This document shows positions 1-10,773 of a DNA stretch of 64,000 nt, in pieces. The DNA is taken from assembly GCA_964602055.1 (NCBI GenBank), contig CAZRPU010000003.1, positions 30,439 through 94,438 of the forward strand. Direction: 5' to 3'. The notes beneath the pieces were generated by a model. It was not told where the DNA came from and searched no databases. It was given only the letters and a program-made list of their open reading frames with translations. The stretch's first letter is position 1; every line of letters begins with the position of its first letter. The translations under genes and the position numbers were made by a program. Source of the stretch: an uncultured Ignavibacteriaceae bacterium (GTDB taxonomy: Bacteria; Bacteroidota; Ignavibacteria; UBA10030).

Positions 1-448
1 CGGTTTCCATCTGAAGATGAGCAGGCATTTCCAGTGATTCCTCCGCGGGCTGATCCGAGGGCTGTTCGGGCGCAGTCTCTTGTACGGCTTCTGGTGCCGC
101 TTCTTGTGGCGCCTCTGCCGCCGGCGGCGCAGAGAAATCCCCTAGAGGTGCTGGTGCGGCATCTCCGACAGCTTCGCGGAAACGGTCGACAACGAGGCTG
201 AGTTCCTCAACTGTATGATCCCCCTTTGCAGCGTCGGCTTCAATGCGCTCAGAGAGCCACATCAGGGACATCGCAAATTCCCCCATGCCGTGAACCCGAT
301 AGAGCGATCGCAGTTCCCCTTCGTAATCCTCCGCATCCATGAGCTTCTCCCTGATCTTTGCGAAAGTCAACCGATGCTCATCCGACGCGATATGCCCTTC
401 AGAAACGCTTTCCATGAGCGTTGCAATATACCGCTGGGCTCTTGTCAT
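1..448 (-). CDS. hypothetical protein, N-terminal ~149 aa only (gene runs off the left edge); helical acidic N-domain then Pro/Ala/Glu-rich linker
   Basis: Own reverse-strand translation: ATG at 448..446, then MTRAQRYIATLMESVSEGHIASDEHRLTFAKIREKLMDAEDYEGELRSLYRVHGMGEF...APEAVQETAPEQPSDQPAEESLEMPAHLQMET. The frame is open to position 1. The ATG overlaps the alr stop (ATGA, 445-448). It is absent from the ORF track because it is truncated. Confidence 0.6.
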   Translation of the reverse strand, partial: MTRAQRYIATLMESVSEGHIASDEHRLTFAKIREKLMDAEDYEGELRSLYRVHGMGEFAMSLMWLSERIEADAAKGDHTVEELSLVVDRFREAVGDAAPAPLGDFSAPPAAEAPQEAAPEAVQETAPEQPSDQPAEESLEMPAHLQMET

Positions 449-1701
449 GGCGTGTAGACCCTCGGAACTCGTGATGAAATGGCACAACAGATTTCATAGG
501 GAATGGTACCCGCTTTGTCCGCCAGATCCCACAAGGAGATGGCTTTACCATTCTGAGTGCCGACGATGACAGCTTCATCCCCGGATGCCACGTCTGTTTC
601 TCCAACGTCAACCATCAGCTGGTCCATACAAATGGTGCCGGCCACGGGAAATTCGCCTCCACCGATGAGGGCCGTCGCTTTCCCTGAAAGAAGGCGCGTA
701 ATGCCGTCGGCATAACCGATGGGCAGCGTGGCAATCTTCGTCCTGCGGGCGGCTCTGTACCGCCGGCCGTAACTGACGCTTTCCCCTGCCTCGATCCACT
801 TGACGAGAGAAACTCTTGTCTGAATGCTCATGGCTGCCCGAAGGGGGATGCTCTCCGATGTCGTTTTTGAAGGATAGCATCCGTACATCATCACTCCCGG
901 TCTCACCATGGAACAGTATGTTTCCGGAACATCAAGAATCGCCGCACTATTGGAGCAGTGGACCAACTCGGGTTGGACACCTTCGCCCGCAAGGTATTCG
1001 ACCACTGACTCAAACTCCTTGAACTGTTCTTTCAGAAAGTCCTTGTTTCTTTCGTCGGCATTGGCAAAATGTGTAAATACTCCGCGTACTTCAAGCCTTT
1101 TCGCCCTGCCAAGCTCCGACAGAATCCGGGGCAATTCGCTGCGTTGAATCCCGATTCTGTTCATCCCTGTTTCGATCTTGAGATGCACCGGAAGGGTGCG
1201 CTTGAGCCGCTGCGCCGCCGCATTCAGAACACGGATATTCCCCACCGTACTCACGGTTGCTTCAAGCCGATTCTCGGCAAAGAGGGCCCCTTGATTCTCC
1301 GCGGGAAGAGTGAAGACCTGGATTGGTTTCCTGATTCCCGCCTCTCGAAGCGCGCGACCCTCTTCCGGAAAAGCGACGCCAAAAGAATCCGCCAGGGACC
1401 TTTCCACAAATTGCGATACCCGCTCGATCCCATGTCCGTATGCATTTGCCTTGACCACGGCCATGATCTTGACCGATGGCCCTACGCGCGCACGGATTCC
1501 ACGAAGGTTAAAAGCGATGGCTTGAAGATCAATACGGGCAACTGTCGGACGGATGGAACGGCGGTGAGCCTGTTTAGGGGATTTGGTCTTCACACAATTG
1601 GCATGAATATAAGGCTTCTGATCCTGAATGTCAACGAGACCTACTCGTACAGGAGAACGGATGCCCGCTGCCTCTTGAATTCCCTGAGGGAGGGCGTCCA
1701 T
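445..1701 (-). CDS. alr: alanine racemase
   Basis: ORF 445..1701. It has RPTVARIDLQAIAFNL and the PLP-lysine region AVVKANAYGHG typical of Alr. The start is uncertain: ATG 1701 overlaps the upstream gene by 61 nt, and an in-frame GTG at 1593 is an alternative. Confidence 0.85.
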   Translation of the reverse strand: MDALPQGIQEAAGIRSPVRVGLVDIQDQKPYIHANCVKTKSPKQAHRRSIRPTVARIDLQAIAFNLRGIRARVGPSVKIMAVVKANAYGHGIERVSQFVERSLADSFGVAFPEEGRALREAGIRKPIQVFTLPAENQGALFAENRLEATVSTVGNIRVLNAAAQRLKRTLPVHLKIETGMNRIGIQRSELPRILSELGRAKRLEVRGVFTHFANADERNKDFLKEQFKEFESVVEYLAGEGVQPELVHCSNSAAILDVPETYCSMVRPGVMMYGCYPSKTTSESIPLRAAMSIQTRVSLVKWIEAGESVSYGRRYRAARRTKIATLPIGYADGITRLLSGKATALIGGGEFPVAGTICMDQLMVDVGETDVASGDEAVIVGTQNGKAISLWDLADKAGTIPYEICCAISSRVPRVYTP

Positions 1702-2849
1702 TCCTCCTCAAGATCGCGGAGGACCGTACGCTTCAATGTCGTCGAAGCGAGGTGCTTCAGTCGCGACGGCAAAGAGCCGCTCCCGAGAAGCAGTTGCATC
1801 GGAAGCCTGACGCGCTCATATTCGTACGGGGGATCATTATACTGAAACTCTTCCGGCGCAATGCGCATGGATGCCAACAGGACCCCAAGGCCCAATTGGT
1901 AGGGACGAACACGCCTCCCGTCATGGACAAGAAACTGCACGCCTCGGCACGATTGCTTTGCCCATTTGTGAAAGGTCGGTTCGAATACAGTAGGCCGCAG
2001 CGTGATTCCGGAGAGGGAGCAAATCCTGCCCAATTCCTTCATCCACAGAGCGAGATCCCTGATATAGGGCGCCCCGACAAGAAGAAAAGGCAATGTTGTT
2101 CCCCTCCCTTCGCTCATGTTGGTACCCTCCAGAAGCACCATGCCGGGATACACTTCCGGAATCTCCGGCGTTGGAATATTGGGGGATGTCATAACCCACA
2201 TCCGACCGGTATCTGCCCAATGCATCGAGCGCTTCCATCCCTTCATGCGAATGACTTCAAGGTCTACGGCTGGATCCTCCAACTGGTTGATCCACTTCGC
2301 TGCTTCTCCGATCGTCATTCCATGCCTCATCGGCGCCGGATATTCCCCAACAAAACTTCTCGAATCGTCCTCGAGGACGTTTCCCTCTATCTCCCTGCCA
2401 CCAATGGGATTGGGCCTGTCGAGGATGACCACTTTCTTGTTCGTTGAGGCGCACTTTCGCATGATTCCCGCAACTGTCCAGAGGAACGTATAAACACGCG
2501 TACCCACGTCCTGCAAATCGACAATCACCGTATCAATGTCTTTCAGCATTGCATCGGATGGTTCCCGAACGTCGCTGTAGAGGCTGTAGAATGGCAAGCC
2601 TGAAACAAAATCCTTTCCATGGCCGCTTTCGATCATGTTATCTTGTTTGTCCGCGCAAAGGCCGTGTTGGGGAGTGAAGAGGTGGACGAGCCGATTCTTC
2701 AAAATTGAATGGACAACCAGCTGCGAAGGACGGAGTGATCGGTCAACGCTTGCCTGATTCACCAGCAGGGCGCAGCGCCCCCAAGACTTCGCCCGGGACG
2801 GGTTTTCTGCGAGAATATCGAGGCCAACCTTGATCAAAGTGTTGTACAA
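1641..2849 (-). CDS. DUF1343 family protein (NamZ-like exo-beta-N-acetylmuramidase family)
   Basis: 402-aa ORF. VGLDIL...ALLVNQAS...LFTPQHG...DIDTVIVDLQDVGTRVYTF...ILDRPNPIGG matches my memory of the DUF1343/YzbB family. TTG start at 2849, exact start uncertain. Confidence 0.75.
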   Translation of the reverse strand: MYNTLIKVGLDILAENPSRAKSWGRCALLVNQASVDRSLRPSQLVVHSILKNRLVHLFTPQHGLCADKQDNMIESGHGKDFVSGLPFYSLYSDVREPSDAMLKDIDTVIVDLQDVGTRVYTFLWTVAGIMRKCASTNKKVVILDRPNPIGGREIEGNVLEDDSRSFVGEYPAPMRHGMTIGEAAKWINQLEDPAVDLEVIRMKGWKRSMHWADTGRMWVMTSPNIPTPEIPEVYPGMVLLEGTNMSEGRGTTLPFLLVGAPYIRDLALWMKELGRICSLSGITLRPTVFEPTFHKWAKQSCRGVQFLVHDGRRVRPYQLGLGVLLASMRIAPEEFQYNDPPYEYERVRLPMQLLLGSGSLPSRLKHLASTTLKRTVLRDLEEEWTPSLREFKRQRASVLLYE

Positions 2850-2906
2850 CAGAAAACCCGCCGATGGAAACAGTCGACGGGTTTGATGGGTATCTTCATG
2901 GCAGAG

Positions 2907-3314
2907 TTACGTTTTGGCTATTTTCAATCTGTTGAGAGCCCTCTCCATGGCGACTCGGGCGCGTTCGATATTGATGTCCGATTGACGGCTTTCCAGTCTT
3001 TGCTTTGCCCTGTCTCTGGCCGCGGTTGCCCGCTGGACGTCTATCTGGTCCGATCGCTCGGCCGTTTCCGCCAGCATCATCACCTTGTTCTCATGGACTT
3101 CCACAACTCCTCCGCTTGTCGCAAACCGGAATTCCTGACCGGCAGCATTGATCAGCTTTACTTCACCGACGGCGATATTGGAAAGAAGCGGGGCATGGCT
3201 CCTCAAGACCTGAAATCCGCCCACAACCCCGGGGGCAGTGAAACTCAATACCTGGTCGTTGAAAATGACTTTGCGTGGTGTAACAATCTCGAGATGATAG
3301 GTCTTTTCCGCCAT
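2907..3314 (-). CDS. atpC: F0F1 ATP synthase subunit epsilon
   Basis: 135 aa, LEIVTPRKVIFNDQVLSFTAPGVVGGFQVLRSHAPLLS. It lies immediately downstream of atpD (2-nt gap). Confidence 0.92.
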   Translation of the reverse strand: MAEKTYHLEIVTPRKVIFNDQVLSFTAPGVVGGFQVLRSHAPLLSNIAVGEVKLINAAGQEFRFATSGGVVEVHENKVMMLAETAERSDQIDVQRATAARDRAKQRLESRQSDINIERARVAMERALNRLKIAKT

Positions 3315-3315
3315 C

Positions 3316-4890
<1,575 letters not shown>

Positions 4891-4923
4891 TCAGCCTAGA
4901 CCTGATACAAGGCCCCTGCACTG

Positions 4924-4951
4924 AAACAAAAAAATCCGCGCAAAGGCGGAT
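4924..4951 (-). terminator. intrinsic terminator after tRNA-Thr
   Basis: Minus strand ATCCGC-CTTTGC-GCGGAT followed by TTTTTTTGTTT. Confidence 0.7.
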
Positions 4952-4981
4952 AGGTTCACCGAAACATCAATCAGAATCTTG

Positions 4982-5053
4982 AGCTGGTGGTCGGATTTGA
5001 ACCGACGACCTGCGGTTTACGAAACCGCTGCTCTACCGCTGAGCTACACCAGC
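4982..5053 (-). tRNA. tRNA-Thr (anticodon CGT)
   Basis: Hand-folded cloverleaf: GCTGGTG TA GCTC AGCGGTA GAGC A GCGGT TTCGTAA ACCGC AGGTC GTCGG TTCAAAT CCGAC CACCAGC T. All four stems are perfect, with a GTTC-type T-loop. CCA is not encoded. Confidence 0.95.
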
Positions 5054-5143
5054 ATTCCGACTTCCCGCCGAAGGCATCCCCATGAGCGGGCTTTTCGAAG
5101 GACAAATATACGAAAAAACTTTTATGAGAGCAATGAATGAATG

Positions 5144-6319
5144 TTACTCTGCGTGCTCAGCCAGCGTGGCTTCTTTGTTTTGGGATGATTGTGCGGGAAC
5201 ACGCTGTAGGATCACAAATGTTGTATCATCTCTCAATTCTTCACCATGACGGAAGCTCCAGAGACTCTTGAGCAATCGTTCCTTCACCTCCGAGGCGCTG
5301 GCTCCGTGCGAATCGAGCAGAACCTGCATCAAACGCCCCTCCCCGTATTCTTCATCCATGCGGTTGACACTCTCAATAACCCCGTCCGTGTAGAGCACCA
5401 CGGTGTCCATTTCTTCAAGAATGATTTCCTCGACCTCGAGCGATCCTTCGAAAATCGTGGAAGTCCCGCCGCTCTGCGGCTGGGTCTTCCCGGGTGGTGC
5501 GAGGCCTATTGCAGTTCCCTTCGGTTGGATCCATGAACAGACGCGCCGCGAGGCATCAAGTTTCAGGGCAGGCATATGCCCCGCGCGGCAAAAGAGAATT
5601 CTCCCATCGGGGAAGACATGCATCAGGGAAACCGTTAGAAAAAAGTTCCTCTTCAGCTGGCCATAGAGATATTCGTTGAGTCTGAGAAGAAGATCCCTGG
5701 CATCGTCGGTCTCCGGGGCCAGCATCTGCAGGGCGGTCTGGACCTTGACCATGTATAGGGCGGCGGAAATTCCCTTGCCCGACACATCGCCGATGACGAC
5801 AATCGTGCTTCCATCTTTCATAGGGAGGAAATCGAAGTAATCGCCCCCCACACTCTCGGCAACCTCGCTATGCGTCGCAACATCGAAGCCTGCGAGGGGA
5901 GTAACCTGATCGGGAAGAAGACTCAGCTGGATTTGACGCGCAAATTCCAGATCATCCCGTGTGACGAGCTTGTCCGCTAATTCCATGGCAAGGAGGAAAT
6001 TGATCACCACAAAGGCATAGAAGAGCTTCATGATATCGCCGTCCCAAAGACCGAGAGCCACGAGAAAAAAAGCGATCGCATAGAAGAGCCTGCGGGCGGG
6101 CGTCAGCTTCATGAGGAAGGCAAGAAACAGATACCACGTAAACTTGAAGAACCTGGCAATCCTCGAATCGTTGGGATTCCGGGATGGCATATTCTTTACA
6201 TAGAACGTGTACATCCCGCGGGTGTCGGCATTGACCAGTTTTTCAATCTCCGCACTCGTCAGCCCGCTCGTGAACAGCTTGTAGAAATCACTCAGGGATT
6301 GAATTGTTTTTTTCACCAT
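5144..6319 (-). CDS. membrane-anchored PP2C-family (SpoIIE/RsbU-like) serine phosphatase
   Basis: 391 aa. The N-terminal hydrophobic segments FKFTWYLFLAFLMKL and FYAIAFFLVALGLW are followed by GGDYFDFLP...VVIGDVSGKGISAALYM...LYTDGV, the PP2C/SpoIIE motifs. Confidence 0.85.
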   Translation of the reverse strand: MVKKTIQSLSDFYKLFTSGLTSAEIEKLVNADTRGMYTFYVKNMPSRNPNDSRIARFFKFTWYLFLAFLMKLTPARRLFYAIAFFLVALGLWDGDIMKLFYAFVVINFLLAMELADKLVTRDDLEFARQIQLSLLPDQVTPLAGFDVATHSEVAESVGGDYFDFLPMKDGSTIVVIGDVSGKGISAALYMVKVQTALQMLAPETDDARDLLLRLNEYLYGQLKRNFFLTVSLMHVFPDGRILFCRAGHMPALKLDASRRVCSWIQPKGTAIGLAPPGKTQPQSGGTSTIFEGSLEVEEIILEEMDTVVLYTDGVIESVNRMDEEYGEGRLMQVLLDSHGASASEVKERLLKSLWSFRHGEELRDDTTFVILQRVPAQSSQNKEATLAEHAE

Positions 6320-6380
6320 AGCAGAAATCTTCTTTTTTGGACCATTCTGTATACGAACACTCTTCTCAAATGTTCCTTGC

Positions 6381-7775
6381 TTATCCCTTTATTCCGGGTT
6401 CCGTCATTCCGCGAATGTCGAACACGGTCTGGATTTGCGAAGCGGTCAGCAGGCCCTTCTCTTCAACGACTTTGCGAAGGGGAATTCTGCGCTTGATCGA
6501 TTCTTTGACGACTTCTGCCGCAGCAGCATAGCCAATGTGGGGATTCAAAGCTGTCGCAAGGCTGACGGTGCCCTCTGCGTAATCCCTGCAACGATCCGTA
6601 TTTGCAGCAATCCCGGCGATGCATCGTTCGGCAAAAACGGAGACGGCATTCCCCATGATCTCGATTTCGTGCAGCAGATTGAACGCAACAACAGGCATCA
6701 TCACGTTCAGCTCCAGCTGTCCGGCCTGTGCAGACAGAAAGACGGTTGTGTCGCACCCTGCCACCTGGAGGCAGACCATATTGACCATCTCAGCAATCGA
6801 CGGATTAACCTTGCCGGGCATGATGGACGACCCGGGTTGTACTGCAGGCAGGGAGATTTCCGCCAGCCCCGTCGTGGGCCCCGACCCCATCAACCGGATA
6901 TCGTTGGCAATCCTCATGACGTCCTGCGACAGACTCCGCACGGCATGGGAAAGATCGACCATGGGCCGGAGACTTTGCATCGCTTCGAAGTAATTCTCCG
7001 CCGGACGAAATTCGATGCCGAGTTGCCGCCGCAGCTCGCTGATCATTTCCGAACGATACCTGGGATGGCTGTTCAATCCAGTCCCCACCGCGGTTCCCCC
7101 TATGCCCAGTTCGAGGCACGCATCCGCGGCCGCCGCGATGGAAGCGTGATGCTTCCCGATATTCACACCATAAGCGGTGAATTCCTGGCCAAGCCGTATC
7201 GGCACCGCGTCCATGAGGTGCGTCCTGCCCGACTTCAGAACGCCGTCAAATTCCCTTCCTTTTTCCATCAGGCGAGCTTCGAGCGTTTCCAGCTTCTCCA
7301 GCATGGGCCTGATTTCCATGAGTGCAGCAATGCGAATGGCGGTCGGACAAACATCGTTCGTCGATTGCGCCATGTTCACATGGTCGTTGGGATGAACAAC
7401 CGTATAATCTCCTTTCGAGCCTCCAAGGAGTTCGATCGCCCGGTTCGCAAGAACCTCATTGACGTTCATGTTGTGAGAGGTCCCTGCTCCCGCCTGGTAC
7501 ACGTCAACGACAAACCACTCGCGAAAGGCCCCGGCCAAGCCTTCATCAGCAGCCTTGACGATAGCGTCGGCGATGGCAGGGTCAAGAAGCCCCAGCGCGC
7601 GGTTCACAACTGCCGCTGCCCGTTTGATGTGAATCGTGGCGTCAACGTAGGAGTCTTTCCCCTTCAATCCGCTGATGGGAAAATTTTCCATTGCTCTGAG
7701 CGTTTGAATGCCAAAATAGGCTGACGCGGGAACGCGGCGTTCCCCCAACGAGTCTTTTTCCGTGCGAGTCTCCAT
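6381..7775 (-). CDS. aspA: aspartate ammonia-lyase (fumarase/aspartase superfamily)
   Basis: 464 aa. The N-terminus RTEKDSLGERRVPASAYFGIQTLRAMENFPIS looks more like aspartase than FumC. It carries the signature loop GSSIMPGKVNP. SD GAAGGAGGAAGG lies before the ATG. Confidence 0.8.
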   Translation of the reverse strand: METRTEKDSLGERRVPASAYFGIQTLRAMENFPISGLKGKDSYVDATIHIKRAAAVVNRALGLLDPAIADAIVKAADEGLAGAFREWFVVDVYQAGAGTSHNMNVNEVLANRAIELLGGSKGDYTVVHPNDHVNMAQSTNDVCPTAIRIAALMEIRPMLEKLETLEARLMEKGREFDGVLKSGRTHLMDAVPIRLGQEFTAYGVNIGKHHASIAAAADACLELGIGGTAVGTGLNSHPRYRSEMISELRRQLGIEFRPAENYFEAMQSLRPMVDLSHAVRSLSQDVMRIANDIRLMGSGPTTGLAEISLPAVQPGSSIMPGKVNPSIAEMVNMVCLQVAGCDTTVFLSAQAGQLELNVMMPVVAFNLLHEIEIMGNAVSVFAERCIAGIAANTDRCRDYAEGTVSLATALNPHIGYAAAAEVVKESIKRRIPLRKVVEEKGLLTASQIQTVFDIRGMTEPGIKG

Positions 7776-7802
7776 GACCTTCCTCCTTCAGGTTGCTGAG
7801 GT

Positions 7803-7838
7803 GAAACAACAAGGCACCGAGGTGTCACCCGGTGCCTT
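7803..7838 (-). terminator. intrinsic terminator-like hairpin after the fumarate hydratase gene
   Basis: Minus strand AAGGCACCG-GGTGACACCT-CGGTGCCTT (9-bp stem) followed by GTTGTTTCAC. Confidence 0.55.
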
Positions 7839-7865
7839 CAGTATCGCAAACATTCTGCAGACAAT

Positions 7866-9389
7866 TTATACCGCGACAGGCTCGGAGAACGAAGCAAGCT
7901 TCGCAGCCGAGGCCTTTTCAACGTCTGCATGAAGGCTGTTGCCGTGAGCGTCCATAGTGACAATTGCGGGGAAGTCCTTTACCTGCAAGTGCCACATCGC
8001 TTCCGGAATCCCGAAATCGAGGAAATCGACGCCGTCAACGGCCGTAATGCATCGTGTATAGTACTGCGCGGCGCCTCCGATGGCATTCAGATAGACCGCT
8101 CCCTGATCCTTGAGAGCAGCAAGGGTCTTTGCACCCATTCCCCCTTTTCCCATGACAATCCTCAGACCGAACTTCTTGATAATGTCGGCCTGATACGGCT
8201 CCTCGCGGCCGCTCGTCGTCGGCCCGGCCGCATTGATCATCCATCGGTCACCTTGCTTGAGCGCCACAGGTCCGCAATGATAGAGGGCGCCCCCCTGGAG
8301 ATCAACCGGTGAATCATGCGTGAGCAAATGGTGGTGAAGATTGTCTCGGCCCGTGTGTACCGGCCCGCTCAGGAGAACAACGTCCCCAACCTTCAGACTC
8401 CGTATTTGCTCTTCGCTGACAGGCGTGGTCAATCGGATTTCCCTCCCCGTCAGCGGCAGACTGTGATCCTTCGCCATGCGCATGACCGGCGAATCATCCT
8501 TGTACAGCCATTGCTTGATTGCTCCCGTTCCTGCGTCCAAGAGCACACCCTGTCTGCGAAAAGCCCAGCAGTCATATGCAACACTTACGAAGAAGCTCGC
8601 AGGGAGGCGATGAAGTACTCCGATCTTGCAGCCGATGAGGGTAACAGCTCCGCCAAAGCCCATTGTTCCTATTCCCAGCTTGTTGGCATCCTGCATGATC
8701 GTTTGCTCGAGCTTGGCCAGAGTCGGGTCCTGATTGACATCGTCAAGAGAGCGAAAGAGCTGCTGTTTGGCATAAGCGTATCCCGTGGTCCGGTCTCCGC
8801 CTATGGAGACTCCGATTGCACCCACGCTGCAGCCGTGGCCCTGGGCCTGGAATACGGCATGCATGATGCATTTGCGAACCCCCTCAAGGGTTCGGTCAGC
8901 GCGGCCGAGGTTGGGGATTTCCGCGGGAAGGGAGTACTGGATGTTCTTGTTCTCACAACCGCCTCCCTTCAGGAGGAGCTTGACTTCGATGTCTTGCCGC
9001 TCCCACTGCTCGAAATGGACCACCGGTGTTCCTTCCCCGAGGTTGTTCCCGCTGTTTTTTCCCGTAAGCGAATCAACAGAATTCGGGCGCAGTTTTCCCG
9101 CCTTGGTGGCATCCGCAATCGCCTCAAGGATCTGTTTCTTCATGACCATCTGGTTTGCCCCGACGGGGGTTTTGATTTCGAACGTGGGCATGCCCGTATC
9201 CTGGCAAATAGGAACAACTCCGTCGCATGCCATGTCCACGTTTACGGCAATCGTCTGCAATGCAAGCGAAGATTGGGTCTTGGGCTGTTCCTGTTTCATG
9301 GCGGCGGCCAGAGCCCTGCGCACATCGGGGGGCAAGTTCGAAGACGTATCGACAATGAGATTATAGACGCTTTCTTTGAAATTTTTCAT
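7866..9389 (-). CDS. class I (Fe-S) fumarate hydratase, fused alpha/beta type
   Basis: MKNFKESVYNLIVDTSSNLPPDVRRAL...VVPICQDTGMPTF is class-I fumarase/tartrate dehydratase alpha-like. The C-terminal half GDVVLLSGPVHTGRD...GKGGMG is beta-like. Start set to ATG 9389; the ORF-track start at 9485 is an extension. Confidence 0.85.
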   Translation of the reverse strand: MKNFKESVYNLIVDTSSNLPPDVRRALAAAMKQEQPKTQSSLALQTIAVNVDMACDGVVPICQDTGMPTFEIKTPVGANQMVMKKQILEAIADATKAGKLRPNSVDSLTGKNSGNNLGEGTPVVHFEQWERQDIEVKLLLKGGGCENKNIQYSLPAEIPNLGRADRTLEGVRKCIMHAVFQAQGHGCSVGAIGVSIGGDRTTGYAYAKQQLFRSLDDVNQDPTLAKLEQTIMQDANKLGIGTMGFGGAVTLIGCKIGVLHRLPASFFVSVAYDCWAFRRQGVLLDAGTGAIKQWLYKDDSPVMRMAKDHSLPLTGREIRLTTPVSEEQIRSLKVGDVVLLSGPVHTGRDNLHHHLLTHDSPVDLQGGALYHCGPVALKQGDRWMINAAGPTTSGREEPYQADIIKKFGLRIVMGKGGMGAKTLAALKDQGAVYLNAIGGAAQYYTRCITAVDGVDFLDFGIPEAMWHLQVKDFPAIVTMDAHGNSLHADVEKASAAKLASFSEPVAV

Positions 9390-9501
9390 TTTTTCTTTCT
9401 CCGGGTGACTCTGCGTCAGCCGGCAGGAGCAAACGCCCGGTGACAGCAGGTATTGAAAACTATCAACTCCCTGAATCAAAAGCAACGAACGACAAGTCGG
9501 A

Positions 9502-10773
9502 CTAGCGCGGCTGAAGTAGTGCTCGTACGACCTGAGGGTCTCCGCTGTTCTTGGCGGGGTTTATCCCAAGAAGCCTGCAGAGGAAGTTGTAAATATGGAT
9601 GTTTTCGAAGGCGTCAACCCTTCTGCCGGCCGCGATGGAGTGGCCGTAGGCAATAAACAAGCCCCGCATCGAAGCGGCTGTATTATCGTACCCGTGATTT
9701 CCGCCGCGATCACGACTTCTCCAGTAGTTCTGATCTCCCCGCACGGTGATGATCCATCCTTCGTCAGCCAGAAGGAGAATCGGCGCAATGCGTCTGTTGT
9801 TTCGATAGTGAAGCCGTTCAGGGATGGAATCCTTCAGAAAGACCTTCATATGCTGGTGAGCATCTCTGATGGCTTGATAGACTCCCGATTCTGTCCCGGG
9901 CTGCGGCCACAGGGAAACGACGATTCCCAAGTCCACAACGCGGACGGAGTCAGAATCCTTCAAGTAGTCGTCAAGATATATGGTCCGGCTTTTTTCCACA
10001 GGAGCCATGCCGTGATCCGATACAATGACAAGAGAAGTTGATTCCTGCAGACCCCGTTCTTTCAAGCCGTTCATCAGACGGCCAATCGCCTTATCGATGA
10101 TCCGTACGGCAGTGTCGACTGAGGCATAGTCGGGTCCGTATGCATGAGCGGCAATGTCAAGTTTCTCAAAATACAGTGTGATGAATCTCGGACGCCGCTC
10201 AGCGGGATACTCCATCCACGCGAGAACCTGATCGACGCGCTGTTCTTCAGGAATGGAAGCATCGAACCGTTTCCAGTAGCTCGGTTGTATTCCCTTGATA
10301 GGCGCCTCCGAGCCGGGCCAGAAAAACGAGGCGGTTGTTACTCCTTGACGTTCTGCGGTTACCCATATCGGCTCTCCCCCCCACCAACGGGGATTGGTCA
10401 CCTCATCCCGCTTCCGCATTGTGAAGAGAGCGTCAAACTCGGGATCGTACATCGTGTTTCCGACAACGCCATGTTCCTCCGCATAGAGTCCGGTGACAAT
10501 GCTGTAATGATTGGGGAAGGTCTTCGTCGGAAAGATGGGAATAAGCCAGCTGGCCCGGGTTCCCTCATCCGCCAGGCGCCGAAGATTGGGACAGGAGGTG
10601 TTCTCAAGAAAATCGGCCCGGAACCCGTCGATGGAGATCAAAATGACCGTCGCCGGGCGATCAGGAGTGGTGCTGAACAGCGGACGCCCGGGAAGGCAGA
10701 GGAGCAAAAGCAAGAAGAAGCAACATGCTTGCTTCGAGCGCCTACTTGTTCCGAACCCTTTGGCCCGGATCAT
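9502..10773 (-). CDS. secreted nucleotide pyrophosphatase/phosphodiesterase (ENPP / alkaline-phosphatase superfamily)
   Basis: 423 aa with a signal-like N-terminus. It has VILISIDGFRADFL...FPTKTFPNHYSIVTGLYAEEHGVVGN...VSDHGM. The ATG overlaps the upstream stop (ATGA at 10770-10773). Confidence 0.8.
   Translation of the reverse strand: MIRAKGFGTSRRSKQACCFFLLLLLCLPGRPLFSTTPDRPATVILISIDGFRADFLENTSCPNLRRLADEGTRASWLIPIFPTKTFPNHYSIVTGLYAEEHGVVGNTMYDPEFDALFTMRKRDEVTNPRWWGGEPIWVTAERQGVTTASFFWPGSEAPIKGIQPSYWKRFDASIPEEQRVDQVLAWMEYPAERRPRFITLYFEKLDIAAHAYGPDYASVDTAVRIIDKAIGRLMNGLKERGLQESTSLVIVSDHGMAPVEKSRTIYLDDYLKDSDSVRVVDLGIVVSLWPQPGTESGVYQAIRDAHQHMKVFLKDSIPERLHYRNNRRIAPILLLADEGWIITVRGDQNYWRSRDRGGNHGYDNTAASMRGLFIAYGHSIAAGRRVDAFENIHIYNFLCRLLGINPAKNSGDPQVVRALLQPR

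Noticed and set aside
1-448. Hpt (histidine phosphotransfer) domain in the truncated ORF, because of ...LYRVHGMGEFAMSL....
   Set aside because: It does not fit the HxxKG pattern of Hpt domains, and the resemblance is superficial.
215-569. Plus-strand ORFs 215-457 and 339-569 at the left edge.
   Set aside because: They overlap the alr 3' end and an open, alr-coupled minus-strand frame. They have no SD and their composition looks like antisense translation.
2854-2884. Hairpin AAACCCG-N17-CGGGTTT plus UCUGUU as the atpC terminator.
   Set aside because: It has only a 7-bp stem with a very large loop and directly abuts the TTG start of the next gene. It is too weak to call and may be partial or absent termination.
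4982-6319. tRNA-Thr as the boundary of an integrated genomic island.
   Set aside because: No integrase, transposase or phage gene is nearby. I found no direct repeat of the tRNA 3' end in the following kilobases. Flanking genes are ordinary housekeeping and metabolic genes with similar composition by eye.
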